Shown: positions 11,689 through 28,100 of the stretch, piece after piece | Position numbering within the stretch: position 1 is the stretch's first letter | Layout of the letters: the number at the start of each line of letters is the position of its first letter | Source of the DNA: Eledone cirrhosa | Taxonomy: Eukaryota | Assembly (NCBI GenBank): GCA_964016885.1 | Contig: OZ024741.1 | Coordinates: 317,750,001-317,814,000 of the forward strand | DNA length: 64,000 nt | Direction: 5' to 3' | Notes under the pieces: model-generated | What the model was told of the DNA's origin: nothing | The model's database searches: none | The model's input: only the letters and a program-made list of their open reading frames with translations | Position numbers and translations under genes: made by a program

Positions 11689-14600
11689 TTAGGTAAGGCG
11701 GGTCTTCTCCATTACTGAGTACCGCCAAAGGTCTCGGTCCAGTGACATTGTCTTGGAGAGGTGTAAGTGTGTGAGGTCGGAATTTATCAGCTCGTCCCAG
11801 GTTTTTCTGGGTCTGCCGATTCCGTGGCTACCGTCTATCTTTATTGCCCTGCACTTTGTTATACAGCTATTGTCTTTCATGCGCATCACATGTCCATACC
11901 AACGTAGCCTTCTCTCGAGTAAACAACATCTGATCCCTCTTATTTCTAATTTTTTCCTTAGTTCGTTTATGCTTTGCCGTTCACGTATATTACTATTACA
12001 CATCCAGCGGAGCATGCAAGCTTCGTTCCTCTCTAGTCTGCGTATATCCTCTGCACACAATGCCCAGGTCTCACTGCCATGCAACATTGCTGTTCGTATG
12101 CAGGCATCATACAACCTGCCTTTCATTTTTAGGGAGAATCCTTTAGAGGCTAATAGTGGTATAAGCTCTCTGAACTTTTTCCATCCAGTTCTGACTCTAG
12201 CTACTGTACTTTCAGAGCATCCTCCCCCACTGCTGATTTTGTCACCCAGGTAACGGAAGCTGTCCACTATTTCTATAGAGCCCTCTGCGCAGTTGAAAGA
12301 GCTAGTATTTTGTGGGCACTTGCTGCTACTTATTGCACCAGAGCACCGGCCACATGTGAAATCTATGTTCTTAGTTAGCTTACCTGTGATCCCACTACAT
12401 CTTTTATGCACCCATACTTAGCATTTCTGACACAAAATGGAGTTTCTACCTACGCCTTTCCTACACACTGAGCATGGCCACTTCCCGGAAGGGACCGCCG
12501 CCTTATTTTCTTTCCTACAAACTAGAACTTTGGTCTTAGCCAGATTAATTTTAAGACCTTTTGATTCTAGGCCGTGCTTCCATGTTTGGAATTTCTTCTC
12601 TAGCTCGGCCATTGATTCAGCTATGAGTGTTAGGTCGTCTGCGTATAGGAGTTCCCATGGGCAGCCAGTCTTGAACTCCTCTGTTATAGCCTGAAGGGCA
12701 ATAATAAATAGTAGGGGGCTGAGAACAGAGCCCTGATGGACGCCAACTTTTACGCTAAACTCTTCACTATATTCGTTGTTAATTCTAACCTTGCTGACTG
12801 TTTCTTTATACATGGCTTGTATAGCTCTCACAAGCCATTCGTCAACACCTAGTTTTCTAAGAGCCCGCCAGATAATGGAACGGGGGACTCTGACGAAGGC
12901 TTTCTCCAAGTCGACAAAAGCTAAGTATAGGGGTTTACTTTTAGATAGGTACTGCTCCTGTAGTTGTCGTACAATGAAAAGAGCGTCTGTGGTACTTTTG
13001 CCTGACACAAACCCGAACTGCATTTCATCTAGGTCAATTCTCTCTCTGATTAGTTGCGCTATTACTTTTTCCGTGACCTTCATGACCTGGTCGATTAATT
13101 TAATGCCTCTATAGTTACTCCTATCTAGGGCATCTCCTTTACCCTTATAACAGTTAACGATGATGCTGCTATGCCAGTCCTTTGGAACAACCCCATTCTG
13201 TACGACTTCGTTAACTATCCGGGTGACCATGGTGTGTCCCACTGTGCCAGATGCCTTCAGCATCTCAGCAACTATTTCCGAAGGCCCAGCCGCCTTACCC
13301 GTCTTCATATCCTTGATTGCCTTACTTATTATACTACCCTCAACTAACACTGCTGGTCCCTCTATTGGGTCGATGTGGGGGAGACTGTCTTTCTCCCATT
13401 TATTCTCCTCATTTAATAGCCTTTCATAGTGACACTTCCAAGCTACCTTCTTATCAGCGTCGGTGATGGCAAGTACGCCGTCATCATTAAGTACACACTT
13501 CTCCCCGACAATATCACGGTTTTCCTCGACACATTGCCTAGCAATCCTGAACACCTCACTTCTTGCGAAGTACACTTGTCTCCTAGCTTCCCTCCTGGCC
13601 ACTTGATAGTCTTCTCTACTTCCCCCATCCCGCCATACTTTCCAAGCCTGCTTTTTGGCCTTAATTGACCCCTCCAACTTACTGTTCCACCACCATGTTA
13701 CTTTCCTCCTGCCTACAGGCCTGCTCCAGCCACAGACTTCGTCTGCCGCCATCAGCAGGTTTGCTTTCAGGAATTCCCACTGTCCCTCTATATTGTCCGA
13801 CTCTAAATGCTCTTCCTTACTGTCGAAAGCATCAAGTAATATGCTTTGGAATTTATTTCTGGCTGTGGGGTCCTTCAGCTTCCATATTTTTCTCCTGAGA
13901 ATAGTCCTCTTCTGCTGTCGAGTACGTCTCGTCCTGACTATGAGGTCGCTAATTATCAGTCTATGTTGGGAGCTGCATTCTTCATGGGGGAGGGATTTAG
14001 TGTTTACAACAGACACTCTGTCACGTCTTCTGGTAAGGATATAATCTACCTGGCTTGTGTGTTCCCCGGATCTATAGGTGATCAGGTGATTGTCACGTTT
14101 TTTGAAGTTAGTGTTATAGATAGTTAGGTTATTTGCGTCACAGAATTCCAGGATTCTGGAGCCTTCCTCATTTCTAGTACCAAACCCATAGCCTCCATGG
14201 ATTTCGTTGTAGCCGTCACAATGTTGTCCAACGTGACCATTTAGGTCGCCTGCAATAATTATATAGTCACTGTCGGTTATTTGGGAGGTAGTGAGCATCA
14301 GTGTCTCATAGAATCTGTCTTTTATAGTGCCGGGCAGTCCGGATTGGGGTGCGTACGCAGATATTACTGTCACCGTAGTTCTATTGAGGACAAGTCTTAT
14401 TTTAATTATTCTGTCGTTCACTCTATTTACGTCTATTATATTATCTGCCCACTTTTCTGCTACCATGATTCCTACTCCCCCCAGCCCATCGTCATTTCCC
14501 ACCCAGAAAAGCTTATAGTATCGTTTTTTACCCTCAATGAATCTAGCAGACCCACCCCTCCACCTGGTCTCTTGAATACAACAAACATCGACCTCCTTAC

Positions 14601-14751
14601 TTTCGAGCATTTCTACAACCTCGTTAGAGCGACCCTTTAAGGTGCCTACATTCATGGTACCAACTCTGAAGTTTTGGATTGCGTTTGGAGGGTGGGAGCG
14701 GTGGGGAGCGGGGAGAGATGGGGTTATGTTAGCCATCCGTGGCCGAAACAA
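11689..14751 (-). pseudogene. RTE-A ORF: APE endonuclease + RT with PHD-type finger; TAA at 12418 and about 19-codon deletion near 13558
   Basis: [40 protein letters not shown]; QFGF, FVDLEKAF, GVHQGSVLSPLLF, LLYADDL, FRYLG, RRLRWYGHV, GRPRKTW. Confidence 0.92.
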
Positions 14752-14910
14752 AGAGGAGTGCTCGCATTCTCGTCCACGAGGTGAATTTGTCTATATCTTT
14801 GGCATTGTCGCTGAGCGTCCAGATTTTTCTCTCACTTCCACTCTCCAGAATTCCGTAGTCCATCCATCCATCATATATCGAAAGGCAACCAGGCAAGCGA
14901 TAGTATAGGC

Positions 14911-15012
14911 CTCTGGCTTATGATTGGTCCACGTAATAATAATGGTGGTGCGTGGGGGCTCTGGCCTACGATTGGTCCACGTAATAATAATGGTGGTGCG
15001 TGGGGGCGGGAG
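14911..15012 (-). promoter_or_regulatory. Tandem 48-bp unit x2 with CCAAT boxes, next to a GC box, in the RTE 5'UTR
   Basis: Units start at 14911 and 14959 (ATTGG on +), followed by GGGGCGGG; single unit in RTE-B (about 28885-28935). Confidence 0.5.
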
Positions 15013-15920
15013 GGAGGGGTGTTGGGTAGATAGCGAGAAGGTAAGGATAATACGATTACATAAAAATGATATGATATAACAACATTAATATCAAATATCA
15101 AACGGAGTCTAAGGAGATGCTTAATAAATATTTACGTGGTTGAGATAGACAGACATATATTAATGAACAGCGTGTGGGAGTAAAAAAAATAAATAAAATA
15201 AACCGAGGGGTGTTGGGTAGATAGCGAGAAGGTAAGGATTGAATGGGGTCCTCGTATTTAACAAGCGATAGCAAAAATACAAGATTTGTTTTTGTTTAAT
15301 ACGACAAAAACCCTCGTATTGAACAGGCAATAACAAAAAAATACAAATTTGTTTTTTTGAAATACGACAAACTACATTAGGATTTGGCAAGATTGGAAGG
15401 TTGGACTGGATACGGATGGAGTGTGGAAAGTGGTAGAAAAATGTGTACATTACGTTACATGATATACCGTAAAGAAAGCAGCTATGAATTTGGCGAATGT
15501 GATTTACTTGAAGGGTTTATCTTATATATAGATAGAGAGGGAGAGAGAGAGAGAGAGAGAGATGGGGGGGAGGGGATAGGTTTGGCCGCATGATGTAGAT
15601 GTTGGGGTGGCTGGCCGCGAGCCCTCATGAAGTAGAGGGAGGGGGCGGAGATAGTAGGAGCGGGAGTTTAGAGTTTTCGAAGTAACAAATATATTTAAAA
15701 GAATTTATAAGAAGAAGAAGAACAAGGGTTTTGTTTTGTTTTGAAAATACGATAGAATTAAGGAATTAAGGTTGGGTGGATAGCGAGGAAGGTAAGGATT
15801 GAATGAGGTCCTCGTATTTAACAAGCGATAACAAAAATACAAGATTATATATGTATATATATATATATGTCATTATAAAAAATAAACCAAAGAAGCCTTC
15901 AATACATCAAAAGTCTTTAT

Positions 15921-15962
15921 TAGCCAACAATGTTTCATCCTATTAAGGACTCATCAGGGCAA
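15921..15962 (-). ncRNA. Minimal type-I hammerhead ribozyme (PLE-B)
   Basis: Minus: GCC-CUGAUGA-GUCCU uaau AGGAU-GAAA-CAUU-GUU/GGC-UAAUAAA. Confidence 0.8.
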
Positions 15963-17562
15963 GTAAAGCTACAAGAAGCACTATCGGCCAATACAAGCCA
16001 AAAACTCTGAAGAATATGGAGTATACATCTATTAAAGTCTAGGAAGGATATCAAGGAAAAGTAGGCTAAGATTAAGAGCGAGCAGTTACAAACATAGATA
16101 TAGACCAAATAGCAAGGAAGTGATTAACATGTTGAACCCACATTGCAAATATTGTATAATGCAAAAACTTGAAACACAAATGGTAATATAAATGCGATAA
16201 TTACAGTACGATATAGAATATAATAATATATAATATAATATAATAGATGGTGATAATAAAAAGCTTAATATATGTATATATATATATATATATATTTATA
16301 CATATATACATTAGTACAAACACAAACTAACACTTATTAAGTATTTAAATATATATATATATATATTGTTTACAGTATAATATAATAATAAAGATAAAAA
16401 TAAAAATAAAATACATAATTCCCTGTCAGTGTGTATAAACAATATAAAAACATTATAATAACATTATAATAACAATATTATAATATATTGGCATCAAAAG
16501 ATATACAAAATTACATCATATATATAATTCAAGGTTAACAAATAGTATAAAGTTTTACACAGGGTAAGAAAAAAATCATATAGAACTAAATAGTGTTGAA
16601 AAAATTGTGTTGAAAAAAAATATCTATACCACTGCAACACATACACGGAGGTGAAGTCGTTTTACATTAGCATAAACATTATCAAAATATCACAAAATAT
16701 TACAAAATATAATATAATACTTCAAACAACATATATTAAAATCTATAATACGATTACATAAAAATGATATGATATAACAACATTAATATCAAATATCAAA
16801 CGGAGTCTAAGGAGATGCTTAATAAATATTTACGTGGTTGAGATAGACAGACATATATTAATGAACAGCGTGTGGGAGTAAAAAAAATAAATAAAATAAA
16901 CCGAAGATCGAAAAACAAAAACAAGTATATTTACTTAGGTGTCACAGGCGGTTAAGTAAAGGAAGAGATAGAAATGTAAGCGGCGAATTGACTAGAAAAC
17001 CTTTTCAAATTAATTAATATTAAAAGTATTTAAAATACATATTTAGTCACTTCAAAATTGGTTATAGTTTAAGTCATCAAAAACGTATAAGTTTAAGATA
17101 TTTCAATAAAATTATCAAGAATAGAGTAAAATATGCTCCGTTCAGTCGAATAACGTTATCAAATAAAAGGACTCTAAATAGAACTATGGTAGATCAATGG
17201 GAACAGAAAGAAGAGAGGTTATGGAGGATAGGAAGGAGCATAAAAGTAAATTCATATATTATATAATATCATAAAAGGAGCATAAAGGTGAAATTTATAT
17301 ATAGTATAATAGAAGGGGCGGATATTAAGTGTGTAGAGGAGGAGGTACATTAGTTGAATGAGACTCCAACCAAAGTATTTAATAAGATATAAACCCATAA
17401 GGTGTTAGTAGGGAAACTATAATGATGCTTAAGATGATAGATAGGGTATGGTAGCCAAAAGACTATGGAAACTAAAATTGAAAAGTTGTAAAAAAACTAA
17501 TAATAATAAAGATGATGGTAATCAAAATGAACCTAAACAAAAAATATAAGGAAACATAGCAG

Positions 17563-20242
17563 CTAATGGATATGATTTAAACTACCAGAACTTTTAGGTC
17601 TATAATAGAAGAAAGAATTAGAAATGGCATGGGGGCAGGAAGAAAATATCTCAGACTTTCTATTAAGCAAAACTTCCCTAGAGAAAATTATAGAGTGGGT
17701 CTCTAGGATACAGAGATGACAGAATTTAGTGTGTTGATAGGTTATTAGAGCGTGCTACTATACGCCACTTAAGGCTATATGGCATGCCTGCCCCTTTAAG
17801 ATCCCAGATATGGTGTGCTAAAGAAGTGGAGTTCTTAAACTTAACATGCTTAAAATTAGAGATATGAGAATTAAACCTAGTTTTAAAATTATTTGATGTG
17901 GAGCCTATATACGTGCTATTAGAAGAATCAGTCTTAACTTCACAAGCATAAACAATGTTCCTAGAGAGGCAGTGACCATTTAAAGGGCAGTTAATACTTA
18001 CTCTACAGTTACACTTTCTGGTGCTATTTACCGGCTGAATAAGTAATGCATCACTTCTAGGGTTATTATAAGATAAGGTCTGCTCAGGTGGTAAGGTATT
18101 AATGGATCTATCAAGACTAGTAGTACACAAAGAGGGGTAGCTGTCCCTAATTTTCTTATTGTTAATGCTAGCTAAATGAGAACTAATATTAGGGGTGGTA
18201 GAGAATGATAGTTTAATTACATTTTTATTAAAAATACCATGGTATTTATTAGTAGGAGGGAAATTTTTCTCTAAGATAGAAAAGAAAGACCTAGGGATGT
18301 TAGTTAATACTTCATGATCATAAGGCGGGTTAAAATAAGTATTGAGTCTCCTCCTATTTCTATCCTTACGAACTCTACCGTTATCCAGTATCCCACTAAT
18401 AGGATCAGGGTTACTACGAGGACTAGTTGAAACAACATTATTAGAAGCAGCCAAAACCCTATTGAGTCTCCTTCTGTTTCTACCTTTAGTATATCTACTG
18501 TTATTTGGAATCATATCAATAGGATTAGGGTTACTACCAGGATCAGTTGAAATAACACTATTAGAATTAGTAAAAACATTACCACTGGGTGAGCGATCAG
18601 AGTGCCTAACTTGTTCCCTAGAACTAATCCCGAAAAGTGTACCATTAGACTCACTATTACGATTACGGTAGCTTAACCTATGGATGGGTTCGGATACACC
18701 TATGGGATTTCTACTCCCATTCATGGCCATATTATGGGAAATTACGTTATTATTATTATGGATAAACGGAGACTTTCTAAGGTTGTTCTCATTATAACGT
18801 ATTTTACCAGAGTAACCAGAGTTAGCTAGGGCATTATTATAGTACTCTGCATGTGAATTAAATATTCCTATATCCTTAGAGAGTGTGGAAATTCTATTAG
18901 ATACACCGTTAATTATAGAGCTAATCATAGATTTGGGGTGGTTAGAATTGGGATTAACATAAGAGAGTATTTCATTTGGCTTATGGAAGGGTTTATAACT
19001 ATTAGTGACCAAGTCCAAAGTCACATCTAAAAAGTTGACCGCTCTATCATTTCTATCAATGGTGATCGAAAGGTTAAAACTTTTTAAAAATTTATAAAGT
19101 TTCTTCCTATTATGCTCAATATTGTTGGTGCTAGAGTTTATCACAAACAATGCATCGTCACGATAAAGTCCGCCTTTAAGGTGCGGAAAGGTAACATACA
19201 GTTCATTTAGGAGGAACAGCCTAACAAGATCAGTTACCTGGGCCGAATCACTCGAACCCATTGTAACGTAGAAATTGTTGGGTGTGTTTTTACGCGTCCA
19301 AAGTGTATCCTCGAATTTGATGATAGTCCTACGGGCTGCTAGTATAACATCAATCTGCGGTCGTGTAAGGCTAGACACTCGCATGGCCATAATTAAGGCT
19401 TTATTAAGGAGGATAGGTGAAATCGACGTGTAATAGGCATCAATATCAAACTGGATAAACCTACTAGACCCAAGTTTATTAATACCAGAGAACCAATATA
19501 TAACATCCTTAGTGTTCCCCCATAGATTAAAATGAACCTTTTCCCTAACGGCTGGTATAATCAGGTCAAGGATTTTCTTACTAATAATAGCTATATCAGA
19601 CTTAGAAGGACTAATGAGTCTAACAGAAGGATTACTAATGAAGTCTACCTTATGATCCTTAAGAGTGAATCTCGGTTCCCTAGGGTAATATGGCTGGGTA
19701 TACTTATCAAGGCCCAGGTCCGAAACTATCTTGAGACCCTCATTATTGATATGATCCAAATTATCTTGCGTTGTCTTTTTGTAATTTTTATGCAGCTCCT
19801 TATAGATAAAATTACGGTAAGCATTGTAATCTATAGAGTAAAGATTCTTAGTCTTGTCAGCCGGGACAAGAATAGACTTATTCACTTTAAAATCCTTAAC
19901 GATATTCTTAAGTTTAGACTGGAACCTGTCGAACTTATTATAGTTCCCATATCTATTATATGGCCTATACTTTATATTTTTGACAAGGGAAAGTAAATCG
20001 TTCTCAAAATTATCTAGTAGAACATTATGCGGTGGGCTCTTATAAGTCTTGAAACCAAAGTTATTGAAACGAGTCCTATCCCGGGGGTCAATCCCATTCC
20101 TACTAATATCAAAGTGGAAAGCACGCCATCTAATCCTTTTTACGAAGGAGTTAACACTAGCAATTAAGAGTTTTTCATAAGTATTTCTAGAGGGGATGGG
20201 AATATTCTTCAGAGATAAAGGCAGGTAGCTCTTTGTTAGCAT
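17563..20242 (-). pseudogene. PLE-B1 RT + GIY-YIG ORF; 2-bp loss near 17728 cuts off the last ~54 codons
   Basis: PADKTKN, LKDHK, RLISP, FDIDAYY, TMGS, GLYRDD, NFLDV; IVY...YIGST...FKTRF..H. Copy B2 reads through here (HTKFCNLC...CPH). First ATG at 20242. Confidence 0.9.
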
Positions 20243-20400
20243 ACTGTCAGATATATATAAAGGCCAAAACACCAGTATATAGGAAGAAGCTCAACCAATC
20301 GGGAGCCGTAATAAGAATTAGAATACTAGTGTGTTGGAGTTAAACACCCTCTTCATATTATAGAAATGACAGTATAAGATATAGCTCAATGTAATTAAAC

Positions 20401-23204
<2,804 letters not shown>

Positions 23205-24790
23205 GTTAATAATAAAATCACTAATACTAATTCTCTTAATAAACATCAGGATACATCCTATAAAAATAATAAACAACATCGAAACCGTAATAGACGAGTT
23301 TCTTGGTATAATGCTCCATTTAATCTACAAATTAAAGATAATATACCTAAAAAAATGTTTACTATCCTAGAGAAAAACTTCCCGCCGAACCATAAATACC
23401 ATCAAATTTTAAATAGATCAACGGTTAAATTCTCCTACTCAACAACCAAAAATATACAACAAAATATAAGTGCCTATAATGCATATAAATGTAAAAAAAC
23501 CATGAATATACCACCAATACATCAAACTAACCATAATACTAAAATAAACCACAGCAAACCACCATCTCATTCACATACAAGTCGTGAAAATTCCACACCT
23601 AATTTGACTATCTCCTCTGATACAGCATTCACGAAAGGTTGTAACTGTAGAAACAAAGCAAATTGCCCATTAAAAGGAAATTGCCTTATTAATAACATAG
23701 TATATAAATGTAAAATTAGCACTAAGGACTCAACTTATTCATATATAGGAGCTACTTCTAACCAATTTAAAGTAAGATTTAATACCCACAAACACAGTTT
23801 TAAAAATGCCGCATTAGCTAATACAACATCCTTAGCTGAAATAATTAATAATTATAGAAAAAGGAATATAGATTATAACCTGACCTGGAGTGTGCTCAAA
23901 AGGGCCACCCCTTATCAAAATAATAGATATGAATGTAGATTATGTTCCCAGGAACTTTTTGAAATAATGAAATCTAAGGATATCCTATTAAATAAACAAC
24001 AGGAATTAATTATATGTAATCATAAATTGAGAAGAACTTTTAAATATTACAAACCTAATTAATATACACTTTACAAATTATTATAATAACACTTTTTTTT
24101 AATTAGTTAACCTATAATTAATATTCTACTACTAATGAACTGCATAATTTTATTTCCCTTTTACAGCTATCTTTTCCTAAAATTTATACCAATAAGTATA
24201 CATATAAACTATTTTAATTTCAGGTTATGAATCTATATTCCTTATAATCTATATAAATTTGTTATTTCTCACTAATACATTTACCCCAACCCCCAATAAT
24301 TTTTTTTTTTTTCCCCTGTTTTTAACAGCATTCTTCAATTACATCTAATTCTTATTTATCATATCTATATGATTAATATAAATTTATCAATATAAATATA
24401 CCTATCAATTTAATTAATTTATTTTCTTTTTATAGATGTAAATTCCTTATGTTTTAAATAAGATTGATATTTTTCACTAACACATTTATCGTAAATTTTA
24501 TTCTCCTTAGATATTTACATTAGCATTATTCTTTTATAACTTCAAATTTTCGTGTACCTTTTACCCACTTGACCTAGTTTCATCCCCAAAATAATCTTTT
24601 CATTCATTATACTCTTTCCATTCAAAACTGAAATCTGCCTTCCTCTACCCCTAAATTAAAGTTCCATTACTACTATTCTACCATCTCCACCACTTACTAC
24701 CTTTCTATTGGTCAATTCAAAACCTGTTCCCAAACAGACCTATTATATTAAATCTTTGTTGGTTTTTTTCAATAAACAAATATCATTATT
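23205..24790 (+). mobile_element. 5'-truncated PLE family D (linker + GIY-YIG to the stop at 24062, then 3'UTR)
   Basis: [53 protein letters not shown]...C.H. Confidence 0.87.
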
Positions 24791-24794
24791 TCTG

Positions 24795-24903
24795 AAATCC
24801 CGCTGAGGTTGACTTTGCCTTTCATCCTTACGGGGTCGATAAAATAAAGTACCAGTAATGCACTGGGTAATTGCTGGCCTTGTGCCTAAAGTAGAAACAA
24901 TTA
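24795..24903 (+). mobile_element. SINE body fragment (cephalopod-type)
   Basis: gaggttgactttgcctttcatccttacggggtcgataaaataaagtaccag resembles an octopus SINE core as I recall it; not database-verified. Confidence 0.6.
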
Positions 24904-25103
24904 TTTCTGAAGACAGCATATATATGTGTAGGTATGTATATTCCCTCTGATAGTTTGTAAAAATTTTACATAGATCTATATGATATACATACCAACACAC
25001 ACATATATATCCTAGAAACGATCGTAAAATGATGAATTTTTTAATATAAGGAACTGTTTCTTTGTTTTTATTCATTATTTTTATTAATTTATATATATAT
25101 ATA

Positions 25104-28100
25104 TCATCATCATCATCATCATCAGGTTTAGCGTCCGTGTTCCACGCTTGCATGGGTTTGGACGGGGGTTTTCCCACTTGAGGCAAGAGTGGTTGTCTTG
25201 CTCGCATAGGACTGTCTGGCGGGTTTTCTACAGTTGGATGCCCTTCCTAACACCAACCACATTTACAGTGTGGGGCTGGGAGGTTTTTACCGTGTTGCCT
25301 ACACGGCCACATTACAGCGTGGACTGTCTGGCGGGTTTTCTACAGCTGGATGCCCTTCCTAACACCAACCACATTTACAGTGTGGGGCTGGGAGGTTTTT
25401 ACCGCGTTGCCTACACGGCCACATTTACAGCGTGGACTGTGTGTTTTTTGTCGTGACACCTACACGATCTCATTTGTTTCGGCCTGGATGTTGTGGGACC
25501 AACATAACTTTACATTGAAAGGGGCGGTGTGGGTGGGGTGGAGGTGGTGGGACGGGGGTGTGTTTTGATAGAGATGCCTACTGACTGTAGTAGGTTTTTA
25601 CTTTGTATTTAGGTAAGGCGGGTCTTCTCTATTACTGAGTACCGCCAAAGGTCTCGGTCCAGTGACATTGTCTTGGAGAGGTGTAAGCGTGTGAGGTCGG
25701 AATTTATCAGCTCGTCCCATGTTTTTCTGGGTCTGCCTACTCCGTGGCTACCGTCTATCTTTATTGCCCTGCACTTTGTTATACAGCTGTCGTCTTTCAT
25801 GCGCATCACGTGACCGTACCAACGTAGCCTTCTCTCGAGTAAACAACATCTGATCCCTCTTATTTCTAATTTTTTCCTTAGTTCGTTTATGCTTTGCCGT
25901 TCACGTATATTACTATTGCACATCCAGCGGAGCATGCAAGCTTCGTTCCTCTCTAGTCTGCGTATATCCTCTGCACACAATGCCCAGGTCTCACTGCCAT
26001 GCAGCATTGCTGTTCGTATGCAGGCATCGTATAACCTGCCTTTCATTTTTAGGGAGAACCCTCTAGCAGCTAATAGTGGTATAAGCTCTCTGAACTTTTT
26101 CCATCCAGTTCTGGCTCTAGCTACTGTACTTTCAGAGCACCCTCCCCCACTGCTGATTTTGTCACCCAGATAACGGAAGCTGTCCACTATTTCTATAGAA
26201 CCCTCTGCGCAGTTGAAGGAGCTAGTATTTTGTGGGCACTTGCTGCTACTTATTGCACCGGCCACATGTAAAATCTATGTTCTTAGTTAGCTTACCTGTG
26301 ATCCCACTACCTGTGATCCCACTACATCTTTTATGCACCCATACTTTGCATTTGGGACATAAAATGGAGTTTCTACCTACGCCTTTCCTACACACTGAGC
26401 ATGGCCATTTCCCAGATGGGACCGCCGCCTTATTTTCTTTCCTACAAACTAGAACTTTAGTCTTAGCGAGGTTAATTTTAAGGCCTTTTGATTCTAGGCC
26501 GTGCTTCCATGTTTGGAATTTCTTCTCTAGTTCGGTCATTGATTCAGCTATGAGCGTTAGATCATCTGCGTATAGGAGTTCCCATGGGCAGCCGGTCTTG
26601 AACTCCTCTGTTATAGCCTGAAGGGCAATAATAAATAGTAGGGGGCTAAGAACAGAGCCCTGATGGACACCAACTTTTACGCTAAACTCTTCACTATATT
26701 CGTTGTTAATTCTAAACTTACTGACTGTTTCTTTATACATGGCTTGTATAGCTCTCACAAGCCATTCGTCAACACCTAGTTTTCTAAGAGACCACCAGAT
26801 AATGGAACGGGGGACTCTGTCGAAGGCTTTCTCCAAGTCGACGAAAGCTAAGTATAGGGGTTTACTTTTAGCTAGGTACTTCTCCTGTAGTTGTCGTACA
26901 ATGAAAAGAGCGTCTGTGGTACTTTTGCCTGACACAAACCCAAACTGCATTTCATCTAGATCAATTCTCTCTCTGATTAGTTGCGCTATTACTTTTTCCG
27001 TGACCTTCATGACCTGGTCGATTAATTTAATGCCTCTATAGTTACTCTTATCTAGGGCATCTCCTTTTACCTTATAGCAGTTAACGATGATGCTGCTACG
27101 CCAGTCCTTCGGAACAACCCCATTCTGTACGACTTGGTTAACTATCCGGGTGACCATGGTGTGTCCCACCGAACCAGATGCCTTCAGCATCTCAGCAACT
27201 ATTTCCGAAGGCCCAGCCGCCTTACCCGTCTTCATATCTTTGATTGCCTTACTTATTATACTACCTTCAACTAACACTGCTGGTCCTTCTATTGGATCGA
27301 TCTGGGGGAGACTGTCTTTCTCCCATTTGTTCTCCTCATTTAGAAGCCTTTCGTAGTGACACTTCCAAGCTACCTTCTTATCAGCGTCGGTGATGGCAAG
27401 TATGCCATCATCGTTAAGTACACACTTCTCCCCGACAATATCACGGTTTTCCTTGACACATTGCCTGGCAATCCTGAACACCTCACGTTTTTGGTCCTAA
27501 CGTTGTAGAACATGCTTGAACTTTCTTTCCTCTGCTTCCCTTCTTGCGAAGTACACTTGTCTCCTAGCTTCCCTCCTGGCCACTTGATAGTCTTCTCTAC
27601 TTCCCCCATCCCGCCATACTTTCCAAGCCTGCTTTTTGGCCTTAATTGACTCCTCCACCTTACTGTTCCACCACCATGTTACTCTCCTCCTACCCACAGG
27701 CCTGCTCCAGCCACAGACTTCGTCTGCCGCCGTCAGCAGGTTTGCTCTCAGGAATTCCCACTGTTCCTCTATATTATACGACTCTAATTGCTCTTCCTTA
27801 CTGTCGAAAGCGTCAAGTAATATGCTTTGAAATTTATTTCTGGCTATGGGGTCCTTTAGCTTCCATATTTTTCTCCTGAGGATAGTCCTCTTCCGCTGTC
27901 TAGTACGTCTCGTCCTGACTATGAGGTCGCTAATTATGAGTCTATGTTGGGAGGTGCATTCTTCATGGGGGAGGGATTTAGTGTTTACAACAGACACTCT
28001 GTCACGTCTTCTGGTAAGGATATAATCTACCTGGCTTGTGTGTTCCCCCGATCTATAGGTGATCAAGTGATTGTCTCGTTTTTTGAAGTTAGTGTTACAG

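Larger units (their letters stand above)
11303..15847 (-). mobile_element. RTE-clade LINE copy A (near full length, (GAT)n tail)
   Basis: Single APE+RT ORF, 3'UTR ending cggacgttaaacgttgatgatgatg, and a long 5'UTR with internal repeats. Confidence 0.93.
15869..20400 (-). mobile_element. Penelope-like element family B copy 1 (Hydra-clade-like), no 5' pLTR visible
   Basis: RT + GIY-YIG ORF and a 1.7-kb AT-rich 3'UTR ending in a hammerhead + AATAAA. The clade call is inference from the SLKNIPIP...RIRWRA N-terminus, YRDD and the CNC-x5-CPL-G-C linker. Confidence 0.88.

Noticed and set aside
14720-14825. HDV-like ribozyme in the RTE 5'UTR (UUC-ACCUCGU-GGA ... GGCUAA on minus)
   Set aside because: Could not build P1, P1.1 or P2 pairings by eye; only isolated motif resemblance.
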